Below, piece after piece: positions 25,701-37,960 of a DNA stretch of 64,000 bases. A program made the position numbers and the translations under genes. A model generated the notes under the pieces. The model was not told where the DNA came from. It ran no database searches and saw only the letters and a list, made by a program, of their open reading frames with translations. Location: NCBI RefSeq assembly GCF_006345805.1, contig NC_043011.1, forward strand, positions 16,194,464 through 16,258,463, in the 5' to 3' direction. Position 1 is the first letter of the stretch, and each line of letters opens with the position of its first letter. Source of the DNA: Octopus sinensis (taxonomy: Eukaryota).

Positions 25701-28070
25701 AAATACATAATTATACTACTACAAAACTGTTGTATAATAGCACAATATCGACAGACTGGCAATACTCATTAAAGCACCGATATAGAATAAGATTTTGTTT
25801 TAATAAATGAATATACAGAACCATATTTCTGTGTTGTCAAAAAATAGCAAGAGGTGGACCATTGTACTAAGTTTTATAAAATTCTTAACGCTGCATTATA
25901 AACATCTTCGTACGTTATACATTCGAATGTTCCATAACTGCATGAAAGACTAAATAGTTAATGAATAGAAACCAGCTTGATTTTACCTTGGTGGACGTTA
26001 GTAATATAATATTGATTATATAAACATCGATTTTGCTATCAAACTACAAATTATAATAAGAGTATTATGAAACTGTAATAATTAAATTGTGTGGTGGTTT
26101 CTGTGAGATTAATTTCTTGGATAATTTTATGCACCAGCTTGAAACAATCTGTCTAATTTATACTAATATACGAAATTGTGATATGGATGGCAAAAGCTAT
26201 TAGGTGGAGAATGATTATATTGATAGCGATGACAACAACCACGTCGTCAAAGGATAATATCACGTTCTTATTAATCATCATAATAATTCAGTTTCCTACC
26301 TCGTTTAATTACGTACTTCATAGGTTAGTTATTTTGGCGTCAACAATATGATAACTGAAGTCCATACCGTGGTGAGGATGTAAAAGCTTTTGAACAGTTC
26401 TTCGAACTACGATCTGATATGCCGGTAATATATAAAATAAATCATTGTTTGTTACAAATAATCTGGTAGGTAATCAAAGTTGATGCAAATTTGCACTCAC
26501 ACAGGTCTGTTTCATATTAGAAACAATGGGTGGATGTGTCGTCGAAGATTAATCCAGAGAAAAGTGATATAAGGTTTATTACACATGAAGAATGTGAATT
26601 ACCTCGAATATTGTTTTCAAACAACTTTTTATTTGTTGTTTAATGGTAATATAGTTAGCATCACTTGATGAACATATACTTATTTTATTTTACTTGCATA
26701 CAATGAATCGATTCACTTTAAGTAATCGAACATATGTGCCTAAACTATTAAATATCATTTGGGGAACATAATGGAAAGCATATTGTGGTCCAGTTGCCAG
26801 ATATTTTAATTGGTAGTGTTTAGATTCAATAACTAAAAGCTACATGTAGTTTTCCATATTAAGTATAAAAGGAACGTGTTGCACATTTCACAGAATAACA
26901 AGCTGGCACGGGTTCCAAAACCCTCTCCGACACTCTGGATCATATTGAGTATGAATATTTTTTAAGCCTCTGTCTATCATAATATATGGACGGATGTGAT
27001 GTCGAAAATTTACAGACATGAAGGAAGGCATCAAAACTTATTATAGAATGTTGGTATATGAATCGCAGGGGAAACAGACAACAATCCTGTGATGAAAACA
27101 GACCATCATTCACAGTAATCGTCACTTGAATCGTATTTTGTTTGCTCATTTGATATACAAATACACGCACAAACACACATACACACACTCGTCTGATGCA
27201 TGCATATAATTTCACTCATCACTTCTACATTCCACAGACACAGATTATATAGAGCTCTCTCCTATTTGGTACATTAAATTGGTTTACTTGCAGGAACTAA
27301 TTATATTTTACCGACTGTACACCTTAAGAATGATCTATATGAAACAATTAATTGAATGCCTGAAAGCAACCTTTGTTCACGTTCTTTAGATATCATTAAA
27401 AATTTAAAATAAAAACAATATACACCTGTATCTTTGCGTTGTGCGTTATAGGTTAATTAAACGTTCTAAAACAACAGAAAATATTACGAATTCCTACAAA
27501 CTGGATGATGTATATCCATAAGCGCGACACCTGCAAAAGCTTTTTACCTGAAGTTTATAATCACATGAATATAATTTAATTTTCTTCGACTTGTCTAGAT
27601 CATTGCTAAAAATCTTATAAATTTTACGGAAATTTCCTAATTTCGCACTCTTAAGGAGGTCTCCACAATAGCTGGTGCCATGTATCAAATTCTACTTGCT
27701 AGATGAAGGCAAAATGCATGGAAAATTCTTATTATTTTGCAACATAATTCACCCCTGCATACACAAAAACGCTAAGGTGTACTTAACCTGTAATCGAAAA
27801 CACAACCAGCCCTTAGATTAATGCCAAAAGCTTTCTCGAAAAATTATGTGTGCACTCTGCTCAACAGACACATCAATCTCACTCAGAAACATACCACTGC
27901 TACACTTCTCACTGAAGTGTTACTTAACTAACTAACTATAGTTCTCATTTTGAGCATTTCAAAAATATGGACTACATCTTTACCAAGCTCTCTAATTATA
28001 CTTGGCTTGATTACAAATAATAGACTGAACCACACACACAGGCACGCACACCAATACACCCACACACACA

Positions 28071-28156
<86 letters not shown>

Positions 28157-28194
28157 GTATAAATATATATGCATATATATATACATATATATAA

Positions 28195-28260
<66 letters not shown>

Positions 28261-28270
<10 letters not shown>

Positions 28271-28441
28271 TGAGGGTACTACTATTCGTAGATACCAACA
28301 CGCTAAGAGGGACCAATGCGGTCAAAACTACTAAAAATAACAAAATTTTACCGAATTTTGTTTATTTTTAGTAGTTTTGACCGCATTGGTCCCTCTTAGC
28401 GTGTTGGTATCTACGAATAGTAGTACCCTCAATATAATATA
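28261..28441. repeat. Fold-back palindrome, ~87-bp arms, 6-nt spacer
   Basis: Arms are reverse complements with a single 1-nt indel; spacer TTACCG at 28348-28353. Confidence 0.92.
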
Positions 28442-28658
28442 AATGAATATTTTCAAAGAGGAAGAATTTACGGATTTTTTCTCTTACGAGGTTTTTCACG
28501 CTGACTACTGATAATTTCTTTTAAAGATTTTATCCTCAATTGTTAATTAATATATATATATATATTTTGATTACACCTGCGTGAACTCCATTTTTTATTC
28601 ATATATATATATATGAATAAAAAAATGGAGTGCACGCAGGTGTAATCAAAATATTTTT

Positions 28659-28744
28659 ACTTTCAACACATGTTTCGAAAATTCCACTGCTACTATTCAA
28701 AAGAGTAAATGGTATAAACAATGCAATCTTCTCCTCAGGAAAGT
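28659..28744 (-). ncRNA. Type I hammerhead ribozyme in PLE 3' region, intact
   Basis: acuuuc-CUGAGGA-gaagauu..55-nt stem II..aauuuuc-GAAA-C(augu)G-UU|gaaagu. Confidence 0.8.
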
Positions 28745-28911
28745 GAAAAAACGAAACTCGTCAATAAGACATTTTAGCAAAAGATGATGGATTTGTATAG
28801 CGATAGACAGAACACTATTAATATTGTTTAAAAAAAAACGTTATATGATATAACGTCATAAGTAGCTAACAGAAAGAGTAGGGATATTAATAGTGAATGT
28901 TATATATAAAG

Positions 28912-29966
28912 GAAATTAAAGTTTAAATTATATATAATGATAGAGACTACTTATATGCACTAAATGTATGTTTTTGCCAATGCTTACATCTGTATGCTCA
29001 CTCTATAACCGTGTTTACTAGAGTATTTTTAGAAAAAATAATGAAAAATAGCTCAGAATTGCAGAGAAGGCAGAATTTCGTGCCTTTGTCATATGGTATC
29101 GAAATTGAGAGAATCAGCCATTCTAAATGAAATTGTTCATTGTGGTCTTTTAAATTCCAAATCAGTTTGCTGAGACCGGTACTATTCCGTTTATTTCTAT
29201 CCCTAAATGTTGAGTAATGGATAGAAATTATTTTAGATAACTCTAACGATGTGCTTCCAATGTGAAATCGTACTTTATTACGAGTACTGATTATACACTG
29301 GTATATAGAATTTTTAATCTTAGAGTTACTTGACATAAACTTAATTCTATTGGAATTGACTTCAGATACAATAACCTTGTTATTAATATTTCTAGAGGGT
29401 TGGATGGTATTAGCTAAATTAATGTTAGTATTAGTAAATGTATTAATATTTAACAGTTTGTTATTATGAGAAGAGATAATTTGCAAGAGATTTTTTGTGT
29501 TTGAAAAACCTATCCTAATCTTATGTGAATTGATTATAGAGTAATATCTAGAATTGTTTGGAAAATTCCTAGCAATAGCTTTACGAAACAGCAGTGGGAG
29601 ATTAGATTTAATTTGTCTCCCGTAAGGAATTATTAACCAAGTATTTTTACTAGTATTCATAGCGTAATTGCTTTTGAAGGGGTTCTATTTACTTATAGAT
29701 CGATAATAGGGGATTAAATAAGGGTTATCTGCCTTCATTCGCTTTGTATCGGTGCGTAAGTTATGTTTGTTATCAATAATTCTTTTACGACTAGAAATCT
29801 TATCTACATTATTGAATTTACAATTAGACTGAGCAGAATCTATGTAGAAACCTTTCTCTGTATAACCTGCTTTGATTAAGGCAGAGTTATAGAATTCAGC
29901 GTTATTATTGAAAATATCAACATTAGCAGATAATTTAGATAATCTAAATGAAATATTCTTAACCAA
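28912..29966 (-). pseudogene. Inverted copy of the PLE ORF 3' part
   Basis: ORFs 29685-29966 and 28998-29660 mirror 30042-31223; extra TGA from CGA at 28998. Confidence 0.88.
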
Positions 29967-30000
29967 GTTAATTGCTTATGTACTTAAGATTGGTCAACGG

Positions 30001-31223
30001 TACAAAAAGTTAAGAATAGTTTAGTTAATTTTTTCAGTAGAATGGGCTTAAAAATCGTTTTTGATTACGATATGACGAAAGCCAACTTTTTATATATTAC
30101 GCTTAATTTACACAGTGACTCTTACCTCCCATATCGTAAACCGTTGACCAATCTTAAGTACATAAGCAAGTTTAGTAATCATCCTGGAGCAATTACTAAG
30201 AACTTGGTTAAGAATATTTCATTTAGATTATCTAAATTATCTGCTAATGTTGATATTTTCAATAATAACGCTGAATTCTATAACTCTGCCTTAATCAAAG
30301 CAGGTTATACAGAGAAACGTTTCTACATAGATTCTGCTCAGTCTAATTGTAAATTCAATAATGTAGATAAGATTTCTAGTCGTAAAAGAATTATTGATAA
30401 CAAACTTAGCTTACGCACCGATACAAAGCGAATGAAGGCAGATAACCCTTATTTAATCCCCTATTATCGATCTATAAGTAAATAGAACACCTTCAAAAGC
30501 AATTACGCTATGAATACTAGTAAAAATACTTGGTTAATAATTCCTTACGGGAGACAAATTAAATCTAATCTCCCACTGCTGTTTCGTAAAGCTATTGCTA
30601 GGAATTTTCCAAACAATTCTAGATATTACTCTATAATCAATTCACATAAGATTAGGATAGGTTTTTCAAACACAAAAAATCTCTTGCAAATTATCTCTTC
30701 TCATAATAACAAACTGTTAAATATTAATACATTTACTAATACTAACATTAATTTAGCTAATACCATCCAACCCTCTAGAAATATTAATAACAAGGTTATT
30801 GTATCTGAAGTCAATTCCAATAGAATTAAGTTTATGTCAAGTAACTCTAACATTAAAAATTCTATATACCAGTGTATAATCAGTACTCGTAATAAAGTAC
30901 GATTTTTCATTGGAAGCACATCGTTAGAGTTATCTAAAATAAATTCTATCCATTACTCAACATTTAGGGATAGAAATAAACGGAATGGTACCGGTCTCAG
31001 CAAACTGATTTGGGATTTAAAAGACCACAATGAACAATTTCATTTAGAATGGTTGATTCTCTCAATTTCGATACCATATGACAAAGGCAAGAACTTCTGT
31101 CTTCTCTGCAATTCTGAGCTATTTTTCATTATTTTTTCTAAAACTACTATAGTAAACACGGTTATAGAGCGAGCATACAGATGTAAGCATTGGCAAAAAC
31201 ATACATTTAGTGCATATAAGTAG
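30001..31223 (+). pseudogene. PLE ORF 3' part: RT C-terminus/thumb, linker, GIY-YIG endonuclease; in-frame TAG at 30483-30485
   Basis: GLKI..KANFLYITLNL..YLPYRKP..YISKFSNHP..RLSKLS..Y..AL..GY; SIYQC..FFIGST; LSKLIWDLK..LEW.I..PY..CLLCNSE..VN..CKH, a pattern I associate with Naiad/Neptune-type PLEs (clade uncertain). Confidence 0.88.
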
Positions 31224-31424
31224 TCTCTATCATTATATATAATTTAAACCTTAATTTCCTTTATATTTAACATTCACTATTAATATCCCTACTCTTTCTG
31301 TTAGCTACTTATGACGTTATATCATATAACGTTTTTTTTAACAATATTAATAGCGTTCTGTCTATCGCTATACAAATCCACCATTTTTTGCTAAAATGTC
31401 TTATTGACGAGTTTCGTTTTTTTC

Positions 31425-31510
31425 ACTTTACTGAGGAGAAGATTGCATTGTTTATACCATTTATTCTTTTGAATAGTATCAGTGGAACTTTCGAAACATG
31501 TGTTGAAAGT
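31425..31510 (+). ncRNA. Type I hammerhead, second PLE arm, stem I closing pair broken
   Basis: Same motif; A at 31430 replaces C, giving an A.G mismatch next to the core. Confidence 0.7.
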
Positions 31511-31742
31511 AAAAATATTTGATTACACCTGCGTGAACTCCATTTTTTTATTCATATTATTCAAAATATTTAACGTAAACACGAAGTTTCTACCTTTATA
31601 AACAAGGTGTTACAAAACCTTTACTTGTGCGATTTTTGCTGCCCTGGTAACTATTTATTTTCCGTGTTAAATGTTAACAAGGTAAAATACACTCATCTAT
31701 ATATATATACTTTATTTAAAGCAGCAGAAAATTCAACAAAAC

Positions 31743-31780
31743 CTGTTACTCTGAGTTTCACGTTGCCGTTCGTCGGACAG
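31743..31780 (-). ncRNA. Minimal hammerhead-like motif with U4C core
   Basis: cugu-CCGACGA-acg(gcaa)cgu-GAAA-cuc(a)gag-UA|acag; all three stems perfect. Confidence 0.65.
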
Positions 31781-31866
31781 TTTTTCCTAGAATAGAACCG
31801 ATATGTCAATTCTATCCAGACTAGTATAAGCGCTACATCTTTAAAAATGGACTTGTTTGATTGGTC

Positions 31867-31942
<76 letters not shown>

Positions 31943-31950
<8 letters not shown>

Positions 31951-32038
31951 AAAGGGCTTAGTAAAATAAATTACTTTGCCGCATACTGAACTCAGTATGC
32001 GGCAAAGTAATTTATTTTACTAAGCCCTTTTATATAAT
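31943..32038. repeat. Fold-back palindrome, 47-bp perfect arms, 2-nt spacer
   Basis: Seen directly; right arm continues to ~32140 and is homologous to 13900-14070 in reverse. Confidence 0.93.
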
Positions 32039-32141
32039 GTAATAATTTGAATTCGCCTTAAATGGTCCCTTTGCATACAGAATACTTGGTGAAATTGATT
32101 AATAATTAATTAATTTTACCCTCAATTGTTGAAATTATATA

Positions 32142-32220
<79 letters not shown>

Positions 32221-32227
32221 ATATATT

Positions 32228-32265
<38 letters not shown>

Positions 32266-32914
32266 ATTGAAATAAGTTATCATTATCTATCTATAAAAAT
32301 AATAATAAAGTGATCATCAAATATTCAAATAAGCAAAATTTATAAGAAAATGTCAGTGTACGATGTATCAATTCGCTTGAAATAGGAGTCAAAATCTTTC
32401 AAAACCACTCGACTCTCACTAAATGTAAATACGCACGGAGAATATAGTAAATATCTTTCTCCGAAACAGTCCTCCTATTTGTAAAATATAGGCAGGTCAG
32501 TCAGACTTACTATATAAACTATTTCAAAAAATATATTTACCTCTCCGTGCACGTTGTTCAGCTGAAAGAACCCCGTGATGTTCAATTATTTAACTGGCTA
32601 TTCGCAATTTAGAGTCGATAGGCAACAAGTACGGTTGTCACTAACGTGAGCACTAGCATTACTAGAATAAGCGTCGAAACAGTTTTTAGACACGTGAGTG
32701 TAATTTACTAACAGCTGAACAGGAAGACAGGCTCCATCTCTACAAAAAGCGAGATGGAGTCATATCAGCGCTGATTTCAGATTTACTTGATCTTCATCAG
32801 TGACCCATTACACCGTTGCCGAGGATCAAATAACCTAAGTTACCTTGTCAGCCTTATAGAGAATACCATAGGAAGTATCGACGATGTTTCCTATATGTAT
32901 ATACATACATATAT

Positions 32915-32992
<78 letters not shown>

Positions 32993-35411
32993 TATGTAAG
33001 ACATTAATGAATGCGTGCGTTACATAATGTTTTCAGGATTAAATAAAAAGACAACAAACGATAAATACGATATAACTGTACACACACGCACACAAACGCA
33101 CACACTCACACGCACACATAATTTAGTCACCTCCTGACAAATCATCACCCGACTGGCTTGAACTAACACCCAAATCTGTTTTCAATTCTATACTATTATT
33201 TGAAAATCGTAATGTAGAATATTTATCCTGGAACATTTCATCCTCGAAGGACAAATTTTGAACATAAGTGAACTAATAACAGTTTGAAAACATTTGACAA
33301 CCAAGACTGAAGTTAATAACATGCTAGTTATATATTTTCTCCATCTGCATTTTAATTTAAAATTTCAAGAGTGTGGCATCAAATAATAATATAGAGATAT
33401 ATAAATTGCTCCAGCTCAAAAGCGAGGTAGATATGACCAAAAGAGAACAGAAATAGATGCATTATTATTATTAGATGTCTGTAGTACTTGATACCTTATG
33501 TCTTAAATTGCATTGTTGGCATGCTATAGATTTTAAGGTATTGGTGTCGATGAGTTTGCTACAAGTCTGCTCAGAGCAGGCAGATATATGTCCGAAACTC
33601 AAAAGTTTGATTTGAGGGCAATTTGACTGCTATTTCTATCTCATACATTTTCCGCGTGTGAGGTGCCTCTCCGGCCACATTACTAATAGGTGATTATATC
33701 TTAAGCTGTCCAATAGTCTAAGCACGCTCTGCTCCACCTTTCACATTAGGTTTATTTGTTTCTTAACTTACTTGCACAATTCGACGTATTCCTCGCACTT
33801 TATATTATACTTAGCTTCTTAGCTGCTCAGTAAATTACTCTCGGTTGACTGATTCGTTGCATCTGATTCTCGTCGATACATTTCTCATAACAGGATGTTG
33901 ACCATAATAATACTATCATGCGTTATGGAAACTTTCCGTCTTATATCGAATAAACTTGAACATCTCGCATAAAACACGACAAAAAGACATTGCATGGTTG
34001 TAAATGAATTTGACAAGGCATAGAACTAAAGGTTGGATTAGATATAATGCTATTATCCCGAAATTTAAGGTTGTGTCAATCTCTTTAGCTATACATAATA
34101 TTTCTAGTTACCTTTTCTTGATGAGGTATCATGTAAGAAAGAGAGAATGAGACCTATATGCCAAATTTAACTAGACATTTCAGATGATGTTAATCACATT
34201 TGAATTATTTCTGCTTCCATCTGAATCAATGGGCGCATTCACTCAAAAACACATGAGCTAATATTACGAAGAACAATTTTACTTCTATGAAAAAAAATGG
34301 CTATTTATTCTGGCGATTCTAAAAGGTAATTATTTAATACAAATTATTACAGTATTACGCATTAGATTTCCTTATGTGTGTATTAGCTAATGGAACATAT
34401 TTCCTCGCAGTTTCTTAAGCTGATGGTATTTTGAATAATTTGTATTGTTTTAGAGACATTACGAAGCAAATTATGTTATTCATATAGATTTTTTTATTCG
34501 TGAGGTTGTTGCCATTCCTAATATTTTCTGTTTCACGTCCCAAGTATTATGAAGTAATACAACTTGACCAACCTCATTCGATATAAACTTGAAGAAAGAA
34601 GAAAATGAAATAAAAAAATGAGCAGAAGGAGGAATGATAATATCATTATTGAGCACACAAATACAATGTACATAATTTGATCGGAAGAAGACATTAGTCA
34701 GAAGCTAATGAGCAATCATGTTATGGCTACGAAGGATGTGTAATAAAGCCCTATTTGAATCCACCATATTGGACATTGCCATTGTCTTAGGCCGGGTATT
34801 GACATGTAGCTACTTGTGTGAATGTCTTTAAAACAACATCTAGCATGTTGATATATTACTTAAATACATGATGCGAATGCTCACAGAAGAGAAATAAATA
34901 TTCATTAAATTCAACATTCTCAAGCGCATAACAAGTAACAATGAAATAAATAGGTTTCAATAAGGAATATAACCCGTTACATATTGTGAAAGCTCTCCCA
35001 AATTACATACCTTGCTATCACATAAAGGAAGGTATATCGAGCAGGATTGTCACTGATATAAAAAAGGAAAAGACGAAACTGCTAAAGCTGGAATGCATTT
35101 GATCATAGGATTGCTCGACCACTGCTGACCTTATGCTACGTAGCAAGAACATTACGGTCAATAGGAGAATAAATGTTTGCATTTGACAACAAATAAATAA
35201 TAAATAAAACGGTACGCTCTCATCGCAACTCACTGTTTCATATAACATCGGACGCTTAACACAAAATTATATATACAAAATTTATATATGTAATTATATT
35301 ACACCGACAACTCGCACAATGCACACCCACACACTTCATTAATGTAATACACAAAACACAACGCACGCACTTTATAATCATTTCTCGATTTTAAAATGCT
35401 TAACGGCGATT

Positions 35412-37536
35412 CACAATGTAACATGTTTTCTTTCTTCGTATTTTTAATGTTTATATATGCATTCTTTTCCACTAAAATCACATTCATTTTGACGTAACAT
35501 CGATAGTTATTTATTTATTCTTAATTTCATATTTGCTCATTATATTTGTACCTTTTCTCTACAGTACTTTGTTGGTTCAATCTATTCTACTATTGTAAGG
35601 ATAATTACACAACATTTAGTATTTTTTCATATATTGAAAGGTATGTAGGAAGTATATTATTAGTTAGAACAAAAAGAAACAATAAAACTCTGCGCTGTAA
35701 ATACCTTGATAATTCTTTTCTTAAGATGAGAAGGGCTTTGACGATCGAGATTTTCTGGGGTGTATACCTTCATCACTTCTGACTAGAGACCATATATAAT
35801 TTCCCATCATAGCACTATCACATCGTCCTTGGTATCTTCTTTCCACAGTTGCAATGTTCTGATGAAATCTTTTACCGTGATCCTCACTGACATCACCCAC
35901 GTTTGCGGGGGAAAATCTAGGTGAGAGTGCAAGAAACGAACCTTTAAGGACATACGACAACCCATGTTCTTGAGGTTTTCAATTAGCTTTGCTACCAGCC
36001 GTTTGTAATTAGGATCCTTGTGATTTCCTAGAAATCTACGAACTACACCACGAAATGCACACCTAGCTTCTTTTTCAACTTTTGTCATCGCTCTTTCCAG
36101 CTTCTTCGACTTTAACATTGCATATACTTGGGGCCCAACAAATATGCCACCCTTGATCTTAGCCTCAGCTAGCTTTGGAAACATAAGACAAATTTCTTGA
36201 AAAGCTTCTCCTCTAAAATCTAAGGCCTTCACAAACTGTTTTACAAATCCGAGTTTGATATGAAGTGGGGGTAATAAGATTTTGTTAGAATCTACTAGAG
36301 GCTGTTTGAGAACATTTAACATTCCTGGCTGCAGTTCCACTCGTGGGGGGCCAATGTACTCTCTTGTAATGATGATCATCAGCTCTGCATGAATACTTTG
36401 TGTATCCCCTTGTTAGCCAAGTAAGAAGGCAAGCATCTTGAAATCACCACAACATCCCACTTGTACCCAAAATTCTTTGACATTGGAGTGGTGTGCAAGA
36501 GGCAAAGAAGGATATTTATTTCCATTGTGGAGCAACACTTCTTTGAGCTATCTATGAAGAGTCCTCATTCTGCAGAATCATGCATGAGTCCAATAGCAGT
36601 AAAGAAACCAATCACATCTTTACAATAACACAGATCATTAATATTTTCATAGTAAATTTTAAATTCTTCATGGTGTTTCCAGTACAAAGATGTCTTTCAG
36701 TCTTCCCCCAGTAGATTCCATTCCTTCAACTTTGATGAAAGAAGTTCAGCTCCTGACTTAGTAAGACCCAGATCCCTGATTAAATCATCTAGCTCACTTT
36801 GATTTGGAAATTGAGACTCCGAAGTCATTCTTGGTACGAAATCGTCCTCCAATTCTTGGCTGCTGCCACATGTTGACTCTTCAGATGAAATTTATTCTGG
36901 TAGTAGTGATACACGTAAACTGTCACCATGTGGGACAGGTTCTGTAGATGATAGTATGTCTGGATATTGAAGAGCTTGTCTTCCTATCACCTTTCTGTAC
37001 TTTGTCAAATCGATCATACAAAAGTAACAGTCATCGTGATGGTTCTGTGGCTCTCTCCATACCCTTGGAATGGCAAAAGGCATTGACCTTCCTGTACCTT
37101 CTAGAGTAGATCGACAGTTTCCACATATCACATGTGGCGCCCATGGTTTGTTCTAGTCACCCATGGGCATTCCGAAATAGTCTGTACGTTATCCACAATT
37201 TGGCACCTTTTAAGATCTTATGTAATGCCTGCTTTTTTCCAATAGAATATCTACACACAGAGAAAAATGTATCTGGATATTTTTTACATACTTTAGTAGC
37301 TGTGCTGAAAGTAGCAGAACGTAGTAATTGGTCTGAAAGAGAATATTAGACATACATTTAGTAGTAGAACATTATAACGATACCGAATACATAATAATAT
37401 TGAAAGTCGACATATTTTCTTATCTGTTGATGATACACAAAAGATAATTTCATTTTTGGAATCAGCAGAGAAAATTGGATCGATAAACAATAGAAAAAAT
37501 ACAATAAACAGTTTTTTTTTTAATTGTTACGTTGTG
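35412..37536 (-). mobile_element. Decayed full-length Chapaev3-like (CMC/Transib-related) DNA transposon
   Basis: 12-bp TIRs CACAATGTAACA (35412-35423) and CACAACGTAACA (reverse of 37525-37536); transposase remnants between. Confidence 0.75.
35721..37290 (-). pseudogene. Transposase pseudogene (multiple stops and frameshifts)
   Basis: WAPHVICGNC, PFAIPRVWREPQNHHDDCYFC, CGDFKMLAFLLG, ILLPPLHIKLGFVKQFVKAL, KIKGGIFVGPQ, MSLKVRFLHSHLDF, RYQGR..MMGNY; subfamily name from recall. Confidence 0.85.
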
Positions 37537-37864
37537 TTATTCATCATACAAGTAACACAGTATTGCTCATTATTTGTACAGTAACATGATAAACAGCAGA
37601 AACAACAAAACAAACCTCATTATTAGGAAAAGTTCAAGCAATATCAAAACACAATGTACATCCACAAGAGACATTTCTGCATTTGAATCAGGAACATAGG
37701 GAGCATTTAGTCGCACAATTTGATATAAACTGGTGGAATCTTGATGGAATTAATGATCATATTATTTTGTCAAAATTAGGCTCACAAAAATTCCTATTTG
37801 GCCAGAAAAATCGAAGATTGCCCTTGGGGTTCGAGGTTTTTTTAATTCTTATGACATTAACAAT

Positions 37865-37886
37865 ATTGTTGTTGTTGTTATTATTA

Positions 37887-37958
<72 letters not shown>

Positions 37959-37960
37959 TG
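37865..37960. repeat. (TTA)n tract abutting the 3' end of the R4-like element
   Basis: Seen directly. Confidence 0.95.

Larger units (their letters stand above)
28612..31556. mobile_element. Penelope-like retroelement: two 5'-truncated arms head-to-head (minus 28612-30000, plus 30001-31556)
   Basis: Arms are reverse complements with scattered substitutions; RT thumb and GIY-YIG translations; HHR downstream of the ORF in both arms. Confidence 0.9.

Noticed and set aside
28745-28775. GAAACTCGTC as an antisense hammerhead half next to the PLE HHR
   Set aside because: No CUGANGA in a compatible position on that strand.
30042-31560. Selenoprotein/SECIS recoding as described for some Naiad PLEs
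   Set aside because: The shared stop is TAG, the only in-frame TGA replaces an Arg codon in one arm, and I saw no SECIS-like AUGA/AA/GA fold.
35412-37536. Calling the CAC-ended element Transib or RAG1-like proper
   Set aside because: No 5-bp TSD, and the WREP..H..DCYFC and LHIKLG motifs fit Chapaev3-type transposases better.
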